A stretch of DNA of 64,000 bases from Abditibacteriaceae bacterium (GCA_965277285.1 OZ255721.1:1728001-1792000); one strand, 5' to 3'. Shown: positions 53,833-63,512, counted from the stretch's first letter. Program-made: numbers and translations. The notes: a model not told the origin generated them from the letters alone.

Positions 53833-53965
53833 CCTTTCTCCTTTTCGAGTACTCGATTCTCGAACTATCACACTCTCGAACTATCACACAAATGTACAAG
53901 GATCCGAACTGACTGGCGTCCACTTGCTACGGCTGGACTTTTGTGCCCAATGTGCGGTAAACGCC

Positions 53966-54175
53966 TCACGCCACGATAGGTTTCGCGGTGTAACCTTCTT
54001 CTTCAATCGCGGCGATTAAAGTGTTGGCATCGACGCCATCGTGTTCGACGACCGCGATGTCGGGATCGTTTTGCACATGAACAGCGCGCACCAAAGGCAC
54101 GTTTTGCAACGCTTTAGTGACGTGACCAACGCACGCCTGGCACATCATGCCGCTAATTTCCAATCGAGTTTTCAT
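53966..54175 (-). CDS. copZ: heavy-metal-associated (CopZ-like) chaperone
   Basis: ISGMMCQACV...IEEEGY. Confidence 0.88.
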   Translation of the reverse strand: MKTRLEISGMMCQACVGHVTKALQNVPLVRAVHVQNDPDIAVVEHDGVDANTLIAAIEEEGYTAKPIVA

Positions 54176-54187
54176 CGTTATCTCCTT

Positions 54188-55282
54188 TTACTTTGCCGCG
54201 ACATTTAGCACAAACGGCGCCGTGATGATGCGGCCTTGGTGCTGGAATTGTCCCCAGATTTTATACAATCCCGCAGCCGGAAAAACCGTGTGAAAAATCA
54301 CGTCTGGCCCACCGGTTTGCGCGTTTCCCGTACTCGAATCGGCGCGCTTGTGATTGTCCATGCCGCCCATGTCGGCCATCGAGCTATCGCCCATCGAACT
54401 TATGTCGCCGCCGCTTTCGTCCATCGGGTGCGTGTGCAGATAAATCTTGGTGTCCGCCGACAAAATCACTGCATGACCCATCGCGCCCAAATACGGCTGC
54501 AAATCGGTAACGGGCTGGTCGATGCCGTTGCGGATGCGAAAGTGCAACATCACAGGTTGTTCGGCGACAAGTGCTGGCGTCGCCATCATTCCGACATGAT
54601 AAACGTCGCCGCCCACCGCGTCCGGCTGGCTTTCCGGTTTCGAGACGATGCGCTTGGTCATCCAACCGTTTACAGCCACCTCAGGCACCAATTTGATGGG
54701 TTTGACTGCCACGCCTTCGACATTGAACTCGTGTTGCGCAACTTCCTGGACACCGCGCATCGGCGTGTAATCGGCGTAGGCTTTGAAGGTTCCGCCGTGC
54801 GGCAAAGTCTGCGACGTGATGAACAAACCATCGCCGCGAAAATCGGGATGAACGTGGTTGAAATACGACAAATCTTTCGAGACCACGATCAAGTGCATCA
54901 GTTTTTCGTGGACGTATTTGAACTCATCGACCCAGTTATTATTTTTGGCCTCTTTGCCGACCTGCCAGATATTCATCGTCCAGACCGCTTCCTGGTCGAC
55001 CTGCACTGGTTCGGGCTGCGTGCGAAACTCCATCCACGTCGTATGCAGATGCTGTCCCAGCGCCACGCGCGCATCGTTGTTTTGCTTCTTCGTTTCCTGT
55101 TGCGCCGCTTTGGAAGTCTGGGTTTCCTCGCTTTCGCTGCGCGCGGGGCTTTGCGCGATTTTGTCCGCGACAGCTTTGCCCGCAATCGCTTCGGTCGCCA
55201 ATCGCGTCACGCCTTTGCAACCCGCCAGAAAAAGCATTGCACTTACGGCTGCACCAAATTTGTAAACGTTCTTTTTCGTCAT
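54188..55282 (-). CDS. secreted His/Met-rich metal-binding lipoprotein
   Basis: Lipobox LAGC; HEKLMHLIVVS..FNHVHP, YLGAMGH..YLHTHP and GLYKIWGQF. Confidence 0.8.
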   Translation of the reverse strand: MTKKNVYKFGAAVSAMLFLAGCKGVTRLATEAIAGKAVADKIAQSPARSESEETQTSKAAQQETKKQNNDARVALGQHLHTTWMEFRTQPEPVQVDQEAVWTMNIWQVGKEAKNNNWVDEFKYVHEKLMHLIVVSKDLSYFNHVHPDFRGDGLFITSQTLPHGGTFKAYADYTPMRGVQEVAQHEFNVEGVAVKPIKLVPEVAVNGWMTKRIVSKPESQPDAVGGDVYHVGMMATPALVAEQPVMLHFRIRNGIDQPVTDLQPYLGAMGHAVILSADTKIYLHTHPMDESGGDISSMGDSSMADMGGMDNHKRADSSTGNAQTGGPDVIFHTVFPAAGLYKIWGQFQHQGRIITAPFVLNVAAK

Positions 55283-55317
55283 TCGACAAACCTTCATGAT
55301 GAACCTCTCGCAGAATC

Positions 55318-55398
55318 CGTTCAACGAACCCAAGGGTCAGCGCGCGGCTGAAATGACTGTTACGTAAGCCGCGCGCTGACACTTGGGTTCGTTGAACG
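55318..55398. repeat. REPIN-like hairpin, family B
   Basis: cgttcaacgaacccaagggtcagcgcgcggct ... agccgcgcgctgacacttgggttcgttgaacg. Confidence 0.88.
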
Positions 55399-55466
55399 AC
55401 AATTTGTGGCAACTCTGAGTTATGAGCAAAATACAGGGACTCTGCCTGACTATTCGAGTACTCGAT

Positions 55467-55826
55467 TCAGCGCAAAAACCGTTTCAACGCCGTTTGCACT
55501 TCGGCCAAAAGTTCCTCAGAAGTCATCGGTTTGGCGCATTCGTGTTCCGTTTTCGTCCCGTGACCGATGACGCACGATTCCAGATGACGTGTCAAAATTT
55601 CAACGCCCAGAGCATCCAACGCCGAACGCGCCGCCGCGATCTGGTTGAGAATGTCAACACAATAACGCTCATCCTCGATCATACGACCGATGCCCGCGAC
55701 TTGTCCCGCCACGCGATTGACGCGCGCTGTCAACGGCGCGTGACGCACTTTCCCGCTTTGTTCAGCCATTGAGATGTTGTCCTGCGACGATGACTTCGCC
55801 GACTTTTTCACTGTCTTTCCGCTCAT
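55467..55826 (-). CDS. csoR: CsoR/RcnR family metal-sensing repressor
   Basis: RVNRVAGQVAGIGRMI..ERYCVDILNQ...HLESCV (C-H-C ligands). Confidence 0.92.
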   Translation of the reverse strand: MSGKTVKKSAKSSSQDNISMAEQSGKVRHAPLTARVNRVAGQVAGIGRMIEDERYCVDILNQIAAARSALDALGVEILTRHLESCVIGHGTKTEHECAKPMTSEELLAEVQTALKRFLR

Positions 55827-55833
55827 TTCTCGA

Positions 55834-55862
55834 ATCATACTCCCGTACAGTATATGCGTCAA
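55834..55862 (-). promoter_or_regulatory. csoR promoter with CsoR-type operator
   Basis: TTGACG-17 bp-TATGAT, with ATAC-tcccgtaca-GTAT (55837-55853) overlapping the spacer and -10. Confidence 0.75.
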
Positions 55863-55969
55863 AAAGCTGATTGAGTACTCGATACTTGGTGTATGGAATT
55901 TGGTACACCTGCCATCGAGTTGCGGCCATTTTGTAGCGGGAAAAGGGTGCGCGTGATAGCCTTTAGCTG

Positions 55970-56722
55970 ATGAGAATTCTTTCGCGCATGGTGATGATTT
56001 TGGCTTTGCTGGCGGGCTTAGCGTATGGCTCGTATGTGGTGGGCAATCGCGTCGTCAGCAAGAAAATGTTTGGCGACCTGGTGAAGCCGCGCGGTGGCAG
56101 CGGCCTGTCGGTTTCGGGCAAGTCGCAAGTCAGCAAAGCGCCTGACAACGGTCAGGGCGTGCAAGTGCAAGTATTGCCAGCGCAAAACGATGCGTCCGGC
56201 AGCGATAACTCCGGCAGCGATAACTCCAGCAGCGACAACACGACGTTTTCCCAATTGCAGCGCGCCACAGCGGGACGCGGCAACAGAACACGCACGCCCA
56301 GCGGCGACAAATTGGTGCGCGCTGATGCTCTTCCCACGCCGGACACGAACTTGAACGGCGATGATTCTGATAATGGCGACAATGCCGCGATTGGCAACTC
56401 TTCTGGCGATTCTTCTCAAACGCACCGTCGTCGCCATCGCCGTCATCGCTATTCCGACGGCAGCGACAACAATTACGGCACCAGCCGCCGCCATCGCCGC
56501 CGTTCGAGTTCCAGCGGCGACACAGCGCGTTCGAGCGACAATTCCAGCAGCGATTCGGGCAGCAGTTCCGGCGATACTTCGTCTGGCGACACGCCGCGTT
56601 CCGAACGTTCCAGCAGTCATCAATCCGAATCGCGCTCTTCTTCGCATTCCGACCGCAGCGATTCGCCGGTGCCACGCTCCGAAAGCAGCGGCGATTCGCC
56701 CGTTCCACAACCCGAACAGTAA
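55970..56722 (+). CDS. membrane-anchored low-complexity Ser/Asp/Gly-rich protein with Arg/His tracts
   Basis: N-terminal hydrophobic helix, SSSD repeats, HRRRHRRHR and a duplicated C-terminal DSPVP. Confidence 0.7.
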   Translation: MRILSRMVMILALLAGLAYGSYVVGNRVVSKKMFGDLVKPRGGSGLSVSGKSQVSKAPDNGQGVQVQVLPAQNDASGSDNSGSDNSSSDNTTFSQLQRATAGRGNRTRTPSGDKLVRADALPTPDTNLNGDDSDNGDNAAIGNSSGDSSQTHRRRHRRHRYSDGSDNNYGTSRRHRRRSSSSGDTARSSDNSSSDSGSSSGDTSSGDTPRSERSSSHQSESRSSSHSDRSDSPVPRSESSGDSPVPQPEQ

Positions 56723-56803
56723 CCAAAATGACGCGTGACAGGTGACGAATCGAGTACTCGATACTTGTCTTTCGTCATTTATTACTCGTCATTTGTCACT
56801 TTT

Positions 56804-59101
56804 ATGAATCTTCTCGAAGGCTTGAACGAGCCGCAGCAACAAGCCGTGATGCACAGCGAAGGGCCGTTGCTTATCTTCGCCGGTGCTGGAAGCGGAAAAA
56901 CCCGAACCCTGACGCATCGTATCGCGCACCTGATTCAAACGCACAACGTTCCACCGGCGCGCATTTTGGCCGTGACATTCACCAACAAAGCCGCCAAGGA
57001 AATGCGCGCGCGTTTGGATGCGCTGGTTGGCGCCTCGTCGCATCGCATCTGGATGGGAACCTTTCACGCGATGTGCGCGCAAATGCTGCGCATCAACGGC
57101 GGTCTGATCGGCATTGATCCGCGCTTTGTCATCTTCGACAGCGACGATTCCGCTCGCTTGATGCGCCAGATTCTCAAAGAAGCCGACGTTGATTCCGAAC
57201 GTTTCGCGCCCAATCGCGTGCTCGCCAAAATCTCCGACGCCAAGAACAAATTGCAAACGCCCGACGAGTTCGCCGTCGCCGTGGTAACGCCCAATGATCG
57301 CGTGATCGCGCGTTTATATAAGAATTATCAGGAACGTTTGCGCGCCAATGGTGCGCTCGATTTCGATGATCTTTTGGGCGAATGCGTGCGCCTTTTGCGC
57401 GACAGCCGCGAAGCGCACGATTACTGGAGCGACCGTTTTCTTCATGTCCTGATCGACGAATTTCAAGATGTGAACGCGGCGCAGTTCAAATGGGCGCAAC
57501 TTTTGGCGCAAAAACATCGCAACATTTGCGTTGTCGGCGACGATGATCAAAGCATCTATGCTTGGCGAGGCGCCAATGTCCGCATCATTTTGGATTTTGA
57601 ATTGGATTATCCCGATGCGCGCGTAATACGCCTGGAGCAGAATTATCGCTCGACGCAGCCGATTTTGGACGCAGCGCATGGCGTCATTTCCAAGAATCTG
57701 GGGCGCAAGCCGAAACGATTGTGGACAAGTCTGGCGGGCGGCGAAAAAATCACGGTTCATGGCACCGCCAACGCGCAGGAAGAAGCGTCCTGGGTGGTGC
57801 GACAAATTCAACTTTTGCAGCGCGAACGCAAAGGTTCATCCGGCGATTTCGCGCTTTTGTGTCGCGTCAATGCGCAAAGTCGGCCTTTTGAAGAAGCGTT
57901 TATGCGCGCGCGCGTGCCGTTGCGCTTGGTCGGCACACAACGCTTTTACGACCGCAAGGAAATCAAGGATTTGATTTCTTACCTGAAAATGCTCTACAAC
58001 CCGCGCGATGACCTTTCGCTTTCGCGCATCATCAACGTTCCCGCGCGCGCCATTGGCGATGCGACAGTCGAAAAACTGCAAATCGTGGCCGAACAAAACG
58101 ACGTTTCACTGTTGGAAACGGTTCTCGATGCGCAATCGAGTACTCGATTGGGGCGCGTTGTGGAAAACAAAATCGCGCCGTTTCGCGGCTTGATGCAAGC
58201 CCTGCAAAATGACGCAATCGAAACCAAAAGCGTCGCCGATTTGCTGAGTCTGGTGATCGAGCGCACCGAATATCTGGAGCATTTGCGCCGCGATAAAACG
58301 CTCGACAGCGTTGACCGACTGGCCAACGTGCAAGAACTTTTGCGCGCCGCGGAAGACTTCGACAAGCGGATGCACGAAGATTCGCTGTTGCCGCCACAAG
58401 AAGACACCGGCGAATTTGGCGACGCATCAACCAACGAAAACCGCTCGCCGTTGGGCTTGTTTCTCGAATCGTCGGCGTTGGAAGGCGGACAAGACGCGGG
58501 CGCAACGGGCGAAGCCGTGACGTTGATGACGTTGCATTCCGCTAAAGGTCTGGAGTTTCCGATTGTGTTTCTGGTCGGCATGGAACAGGGACTTTTGCCG
58601 CACGCGCGCGCTTTGTGGGGCGAAGGCGCCGACGGCGACGAACTCGAAGAAGAACGACGACTTTGCTACGTTGGCCTGACGCGCGCGCGCGAAAAACTAA
58701 TTCTCACTTTTGCCGCGCAACGCACCTTGCACGGACGCACTGAAACCACAACGCCGTCGCAGTTTTTGGACGAGATCCCTAACCAACTTCTGGAACGCAC
58801 GGGCTACGGTTCTTCGGGCGTCGCACGCCGTTCTTCCACTGATTGGGATTCGCCGTCGTCGCGCGCGACATCGAGTACTCGAAACGCGTTTGTGCCAGCC
58901 TCTTCATCGCGTTCAACTTCGGAAAGCGCGCCCAAGTTTTCTATCGGCGACCGCGTGAAACACCCGACGTTTGGCGAAGGTTTGGTGGTCGCAACTTCGC
59001 CAGGCGGCGGCATGGGCGAATGGGTCGAAGTCGCATTTCTCAGCAGCGAAGTCGGCAAGAAGAAACTGGTCATTGCTTTTGCACCAATTGAGAAAGTGTA
59101 A
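56804..59101 (+). CDS. pcrA: ATP-dependent DNA helicase PcrA/UvrD
   Basis: AGAGSGKT, VTFTNKAA, IDEFQD, LEQNYRS, TLHSAKGLEF, EERRLCYVGLTRA and a C-terminal Tudor-like domain. Confidence 0.96.
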   Translation: MNLLEGLNEPQQQAVMHSEGPLLIFAGAGSGKTRTLTHRIAHLIQTHNVPPARILAVTFTNKAAKEMRARLDALVGASSHRIWMGTFHAMCAQMLRINGGLIGIDPRFVIFDSDDSARLMRQILKEADVDSERFAPNRVLAKISDAKNKLQTPDEFAVAVVTPNDRVIARLYKNYQERLRANGALDFDDLLGECVRLLRDSREAHDYWSDRFLHVLIDEFQDVNAAQFKWAQLLAQKHRNICVVGDDDQSIYAWRGANVRIILDFELDYPDARVIRLEQNYRSTQPILDAAHGVISKNLGRKPKRLWTSLAGGEKITVHGTANAQEEASWVVRQIQLLQRERKGSSGDFALLCRVNAQSRPFEEAFMRARVPLRLVGTQRFYDRKEIKDLISYLKMLYNPRDDLSLSRIINVPARAIGDATVEKLQIVAEQNDVSLLETVLDAQSSTRLGRVVENKIAPFRGLMQALQNDAIETKSVADLLSLVIERTEYLEHLRRDKTLDSVDRLANVQELLRAAEDFDKRMHEDSLLPPQEDTGEFGDASTNENRSPLGLFLESSALEGGQDAGATGEAVTLMTLHSAKGLEFPIVFLVGMEQGLLPHARALWGEGADGDELEEERRLCYVGLTRAREKLILTFAAQRTLHGRTETTTPSQFLDEIPNQLLERTGYGSSGVARRSSTDWDSPSSRATSSTRNAFVPASSSRSTSESAPKFSIGDRVKHPTFGEGLVVATSPGGGMGEWVEVAFLSSEVGKKKLVIAFAPIEKV

Positions 59102-59108
59102 ATACGTA

Positions 59109-59136
59109 GTAGGGGCGCATTGCAATGCGCCCCTAC
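59109..59136. repeat. GTAG-type REP, family C
   Basis: Perfect palindrome gtaggggcgcattgcaatgcgcccctac. Confidence 0.92.
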
Positions 59137-59147
59137 AAGCCCACAAC

Positions 59148-59672
59148 ATGAATCAACATCGTCGTTCAATTCGCCTGGCGAGTTACGATTATCGTGCAGG
59201 CGGCGCTTATTTCATCACGATTTGTGCGCATGAGAAACGTCATGTCTTCGGTTGCGTGCATGAAGGCGAAACGAAAGCGAATGTTTATGGGGAGATTATG
59301 GCTGAAGAATGGTTGCGCACGGCGGAATTGCGCACGAACGTGATGTTGGATGAATGGATTGTCATGCCCAATCATTTCCATGCGATTGTGATTATTACGC
59401 ATCAAGTTGATGCTGATGTAGGGGCGCATTGCAATGCGCCCCTACGACGCGCGCCACAATCATTGTCATCTCTTGTGTCTGGATTTAAAGGCTCGGTCAA
59501 CCGTCACATCAACACTTACCGAACAGAACACAATCTTCCTCTCGTCAAAGTCTGGCAGCGCAACTATTTCGAGCGCATTATCCGCGATGAAAAAGAACTG
59601 CATGACACGCGCCGTTATATTCTCGAAAATCCGATAAATTGGCTGAGCGACGAGAACTTTGCTCCATCGTAG
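59148..59672 (+). mobile_element. REP-associated tyrosine transposase (RAYT, Y1/HUH)
   Basis: RRSIRL..YDY...GAYFITIC, VMPNHFH (HUH) and WQRNYFERIIR...YILENP; flanked by REPs. Confidence 0.92.
59418..59445. repeat. GTAG-type REP inside the RAYT CDS
   Basis: Identical to 59109-59136; read in frame as VGAHCNAPL. Confidence 0.92.
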
Positions 59673-59705
59673 AATGTAGGGCGCATTGCAATGCGCCCTA
59701 CATTC
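59672..59705. repeat. GTAG-type REP, extended 34-bp palindrome
   Basis: gaatgtagggcgcattgcaatgcgccctacattc; touches both the RAYT and RT stop codons. Confidence 0.9.
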
Positions 59706-61236
59706 ACCCTTCGCGCCGCTCCAACCATGAATGCCGCGCACGAATTTGCGCTTCCTGTTCGGCTGAAACCATGTGGATGAACGACAAGTAACCGCGTGCA
59801 TAACTCAAAGCGTCTTGCCCGATTTTTTCGGTCATCGCTTCACGGCCACGCAGTTCGTATTGATGCAAAAACGCGCGAAAGTTGCGGATGTCGCGGCGCG
59901 AAACGCGCGGTTTGCCACCGTCCGAGTTCTGCGCATTGACGACCAAGCCGGTCACGGTCTGGCGGCCTTTGGTGCGCAAAATCGCCGTTTTTTCGCCGTT
60001 GATTTCAAACTTCTCATCGTTAATGATTGTCGTTGCCAAGTCGCGCATGGCGCGCGCGTCGCACTTTTCGGCTTTCGATGAAAACACCAAGTCGTCGGCG
60101 TAGCGCGTGTAAACAAAACCCAATTTTTGCGCCGCGCCTTCCAGACGCTTATCGAGGACTCGACACAAGATGTTGGTAATCGCCGGGCTGGTACAAGCAC
60201 CCTGCGGCAAGAAACGCTCAGTCACGGCAACAAAATGTTTTTGTCCGTCCAACGTCAGTTCGACGCGCGGCGCTTCGGTTGAAATCAAAGCGAAAATCGT
60301 CGATACACCTTCGTTAAATCCCAAGTTTTGGAACATCCATTTGACGCGCTTGAAGGTGATCGATGGGAAAAAATCCTTGAAGTCGAGGCGCACGATGACG
60401 TTCGCGCCGGCGTGAATCTGCGCGTTGTGCGCGATATTCAACTTGGGGCGAAACGCCATCGCCGCGTCGTGAACCGGAACTTTGGTCAGAACATTTTCCA
60501 GCAGCCAACTTTGCGCGCGTCTCAGCTTCGCTTTAGGCGACGAGATTTTACGCGTGCCGCCGCTTTTCTTAGGAATCGTGAAATGCTGATAATGATCGAG
60601 CGGCGCCGCAGCGCGATGATAGGTCAGCCATGCCAACTGCGAAGTTTCGATTTCCAACGCAGCCGCGACTTCTTCCGCACTTTTCAAGACGGGCAAATCG
60701 AGTACTCGAAGACGCTCGTCATCGCCGCCTTCATATTTCAAACCAGCAGAAACACCGCGCCCCAAATGCGGCAAGGTTTGGCTTCGCCACGCTTTATCTT
60801 TTTCGGCGTTCTCGATTTTTTCCTGCGCGCGACGAATCTTGCGCTCGGCGCGTTCGGCCTTGACGCGCTCGATGCGCCTGATGCGGATTTGCGCGATCAA
60901 TTCTTCGATTTGCTTGGCCAGAATCGCTTCGTTGCCGACGTTGCGCAAGTTTTTCTGCGCTTCGCGGACGCGCACATCAATCGAATCGAGTTGCTCCAAC
61001 AGCGGCGCGCGCAGCTCGATCAACTGGTTGTATAAACTTTCCAGTTCGACTTCTTCGTTTTTGGTGACGTGCTTATATTTGGAGCCGGGCGCCGGTGGCC
61101 AGAAACCCAAGCGCTTCAATTCCTTGCGGATAAAGCCTTTGCGCCCGCCATATAGCTTGACTTGCGCGCGCCAATCTTTGGGAAACAAGTCGTTTTCCGG
61201 CACATTGTTCGGCGTGGAAATAGTTTGATCGGCCAT
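59704..61236 (-). CDS. retron-type reverse transcriptase (Mx162-like, long basic N-terminal extension)
   Basis: IPKKSGGTR, NAQIH (retron region X), DFKDFFPSI, LPQGACTSP, YADD and VTGLVVN (retron region Y). Confidence 0.93.
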   Translation of the reverse strand: MADQTISTPNNVPENDLFPKDWRAQVKLYGGRKGFIRKELKRLGFWPPAPGSKYKHVTKNEEVELESLYNQLIELRAPLLEQLDSIDVRVREAQKNLRNVGNEAILAKQIEELIAQIRIRRIERVKAERAERKIRRAQEKIENAEKDKAWRSQTLPHLGRGVSAGLKYEGGDDERLRVLDLPVLKSAEEVAAALEIETSQLAWLTYHRAAAPLDHYQHFTIPKKSGGTRKISSPKAKLRRAQSWLLENVLTKVPVHDAAMAFRPKLNIAHNAQIHAGANVIVRLDFKDFFPSITFKRVKWMFQNLGFNEGVSTIFALISTEAPRVELTLDGQKHFVAVTERFLPQGACTSPAITNILCRVLDKRLEGAAQKLGFVYTRYADDLVFSSKAEKCDARAMRDLATTIINDEKFEINGEKTAILRTKGRQTVTGLVVNAQNSDGGKPRVSRRDIRNFRAFLHQYELRGREAMTEKIGQDALSYARGYLSFIHMVSAEQEAQIRARHSWLERREG

Positions 61237-61325
61237 GAGATTTTGAAGTTGTCTTTATGAAAATTGAACCGCCAAGACGCTAAGACACAGAGAAAGAAAA
61301 TGAGAATCGAGGACTCGAAAGTCAG

Positions 61326-61444
61326 AGTTTGTCATTCTGAGCGCAGCGTTGGGCGCCCGTTAGAAGAGCGTTTGGACGCTTTTCGCTGGGCTGTAGAATC
61401 TGGCGTGATGTTAGATTCTTTGCTGCGCTCAGAATGACAAACTC
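61326..61444. repeat. family A hairpin with an inserted sub-hairpin in the RT leader
   Basis: gagtttgtcattctgagcgcagcg [about 45-nt insert] agaatct..agattctttgctgcgctcagaatgacaaactc. Confidence 0.85.
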
Positions 61445-61469
61445 GAACGCTTGTGAGGAATTAAAGAGG

Positions 61470-63494
61470 TTATCGAGTACTCGATGTCGCCAGTTTTGGC
61501 ACGTCTTTGCCGTCCAAAATCGCTTTGAATTCTTTTTCCGTCAAAACTGGGACGCCCAATTCTTTGGCCTTAGCCAGCTTCGATCCAGCGCGTTCGCCCA
61601 CGACCAAGAAATTGGTGTTTTTAGAAACGCTTCCGGCTGCGGTTCCTCCGCCCTGCTCGATCACTTTTTCAGCTTGCTCGCGCGTGAACAACGTTAAAGC
61701 GCCGGTAAAAACCCACGTCTGGTCTTTGAACCTGTCAGCGGAAACGTTCGCGCCGCCCGAAGTGGCGGCCACAACGCTCGCCGCCAAAATGTGCGCGCAC
61801 GGCCCCAGACGCAATTTGTTCTGGCGATAAAAGCCGCACGTACATTGCGCAAACGTCGCGCGACCATCAGCATCCAGGCCAACTGTCGGCGAAAAGGTGC
61901 CGCCTTCGGTTTTGATGTCGGCCTCAAACAAGCGCACACCACTTGTCATAAAGCGTTCGAGAAATTCGCTCGCCTCGCCTTCTTTCACTTCGCGCACTTT
62001 GACTTTGCCTTCATGCACCAGGCGCGAAGCATGGCGCGTGCGGGTATCGCTTTCGTCTTGCGGCGCGGGAAAGGGCAGCAATTGGCGGCAACGAAAAACG
62101 CCATTGGTAAAGTCGTACATTGCACGACCTTCGCGGCAAAGTTGCTGCAACGCCGCCGTTGCGACTTCGCGCTTCAATTGCGTCGAATCGGCGGCTTCTT
62201 CGGGCGTCAGCATGCGCCACTCTTCGAGTACTCGAAAGACTTTTTCCGCGTCGCCTTCGCTGACGGGAGCCGGAGCCGCCATCACATCGAAGCGCGCAGC
62301 TTTCGACCAATCGTTTTGCGTCCAGCCCGACAAGCCCAGATCGAAACGATGACCGTCCATTTCGATGCTCCAATACGACGGCATTCCGCTGCCCAGCAAT
62401 TTCACTTTGACGCTTGTCGCGTGCGGCAGCAATTGCTCGAAGAAGAACAAGCGGCGCCGTCCCCAGATGCGGATTTCCTGTGCTTCGGTTCCGTTCCACA
62501 CGCAGTTCGCTTCCTGCAGAACGACGCCCCAAGGCTCGATTTCAACGCTTGGCTTTTGTCCCGGCGTCAGCTTGAAACGCAGTGAACGCGGTCCTTTGCG
62601 TTCGCGCTGCTGGCGCAATTGCAGCAATAAATCGGCGACAAGCCCGGGCGACAATTCGACTTCGACGCCAGGCAGCGACGAGGCGGATTGAACCTGCAAA
62701 AAGCCACGAACCCACGTCGGAGGAAGGTCAATTTTCTTCTCGAACTGCGCACCCGCCGATGTCTGCATTGAAACGCCGCCCGGCTCGACCTGAATCCACG
62801 ACGGGCGATAGCTTCGCACACGCTTGAACTCGTCCGCCAAGCGAATCGAAAAATCGACGTTCGTCGTACCGTATTGAATGTCGCCGAAAGTTTCCAGCTT
62901 TTCCATCGGAACCGTCACGCGCCCATAACTCGATTCATCGAAGGAAAACACTTCAAAAATCACGCAATCGGGATGAACTGACACGACAGGATCGCAAGGC
63001 CGCAACGCGCCCAGGGCTTCGGCGCCATATTTGTGAACCAGAGGCGTGTAAAGGTCGCGGCGCATCTGCCAGAAGTTCGGCTCCCACCACGCGTAACGCT
63101 CGATTTCCACCAGGCGATTGATGATCGGTTTGCATTCCGCCGTCATCTCGTCGCGCTGCTTCAACAATTCGTTCAGTTCACCTTTCAATCGCGTCGCGTC
63201 GGCTTTGTCCTTCTCGAATTTCTCTTGCAGCTTCTGGATTTCCGGCCCGGCGTCTTCCCAATAACGCGCTTGAACCCATTGCTGATAAGCCGTGTGATCT
63301 TTGGGCGCAAATCGCAAGTCGCTGGTCACGACGTTGTGCAAAGCCAGCATCGCGCGCGCATAACCCAGGCTGTCGCCGACAACTGCCTGGAGAGAAACCG
63401 GAGGCCGAGAAGATTCGCCGCTCATGGCGAAGTGCGTTCCACGGTCATCGGTCGTCGCTACGCTGGGGCGCGCGTAAGAAAGTGTCATTTCCAT
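61470..63494 (-). CDS. SWIM zinc-finger protein with C-terminal BRCT domain (retron-associated)
   Basis: DPVVSVHPD..FEVFS.DESSYG, W.RGFLQVQSA, CTC...GPCAH (SWIM), and VFTGAL...SVSKNTNFLVVGERAGSKLAKAKELGV (LigA-type BRCT). Confidence 0.85.
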   Translation of the reverse strand: MEMTLSYARPSVATTDDRGTHFAMSGESSRPPVSLQAVVGDSLGYARAMLALHNVVTSDLRFAPKDHTAYQQWVQARYWEDAGPEIQKLQEKFEKDKADATRLKGELNELLKQRDEMTAECKPIINRLVEIERYAWWEPNFWQMRRDLYTPLVHKYGAEALGALRPCDPVVSVHPDCVIFEVFSFDESSYGRVTVPMEKLETFGDIQYGTTNVDFSIRLADEFKRVRSYRPSWIQVEPGGVSMQTSAGAQFEKKIDLPPTWVRGFLQVQSASSLPGVEVELSPGLVADLLLQLRQQRERKGPRSLRFKLTPGQKPSVEIEPWGVVLQEANCVWNGTEAQEIRIWGRRRLFFFEQLLPHATSVKVKLLGSGMPSYWSIEMDGHRFDLGLSGWTQNDWSKAARFDVMAAPAPVSEGDAEKVFRVLEEWRMLTPEEAADSTQLKREVATAALQQLCREGRAMYDFTNGVFRCRQLLPFPAPQDESDTRTRHASRLVHEGKVKVREVKEGEASEFLERFMTSGVRLFEADIKTEGGTFSPTVGLDADGRATFAQCTCGFYRQNKLRLGPCAHILAASVVAATSGGANVSADRFKDQTWVFTGALTLFTREQAEKVIEQGGGTAAGSVSKNTNFLVVGERAGSKLAKAKELGVPVLTEKEFKAILDGKDVPKLATSSTR

Positions 63495-63512
63495 GAGGGT
63501 TCCTTGTTCCGG

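Noticed and set aside
58971..59147. N-terminal extension of the RAYT ORF
   Set aside because: Overlaps the pcrA 3' end and a REP; the family-typical start is MNQHRRSIRL at 59148
59704..61236. RT as group II intron, DGR or CRISPR-associated RT
   Set aside because: No maturase/endonuclease domain, no TR/VR pair and no cas1; NAxxH and VTG motifs indicate a retron
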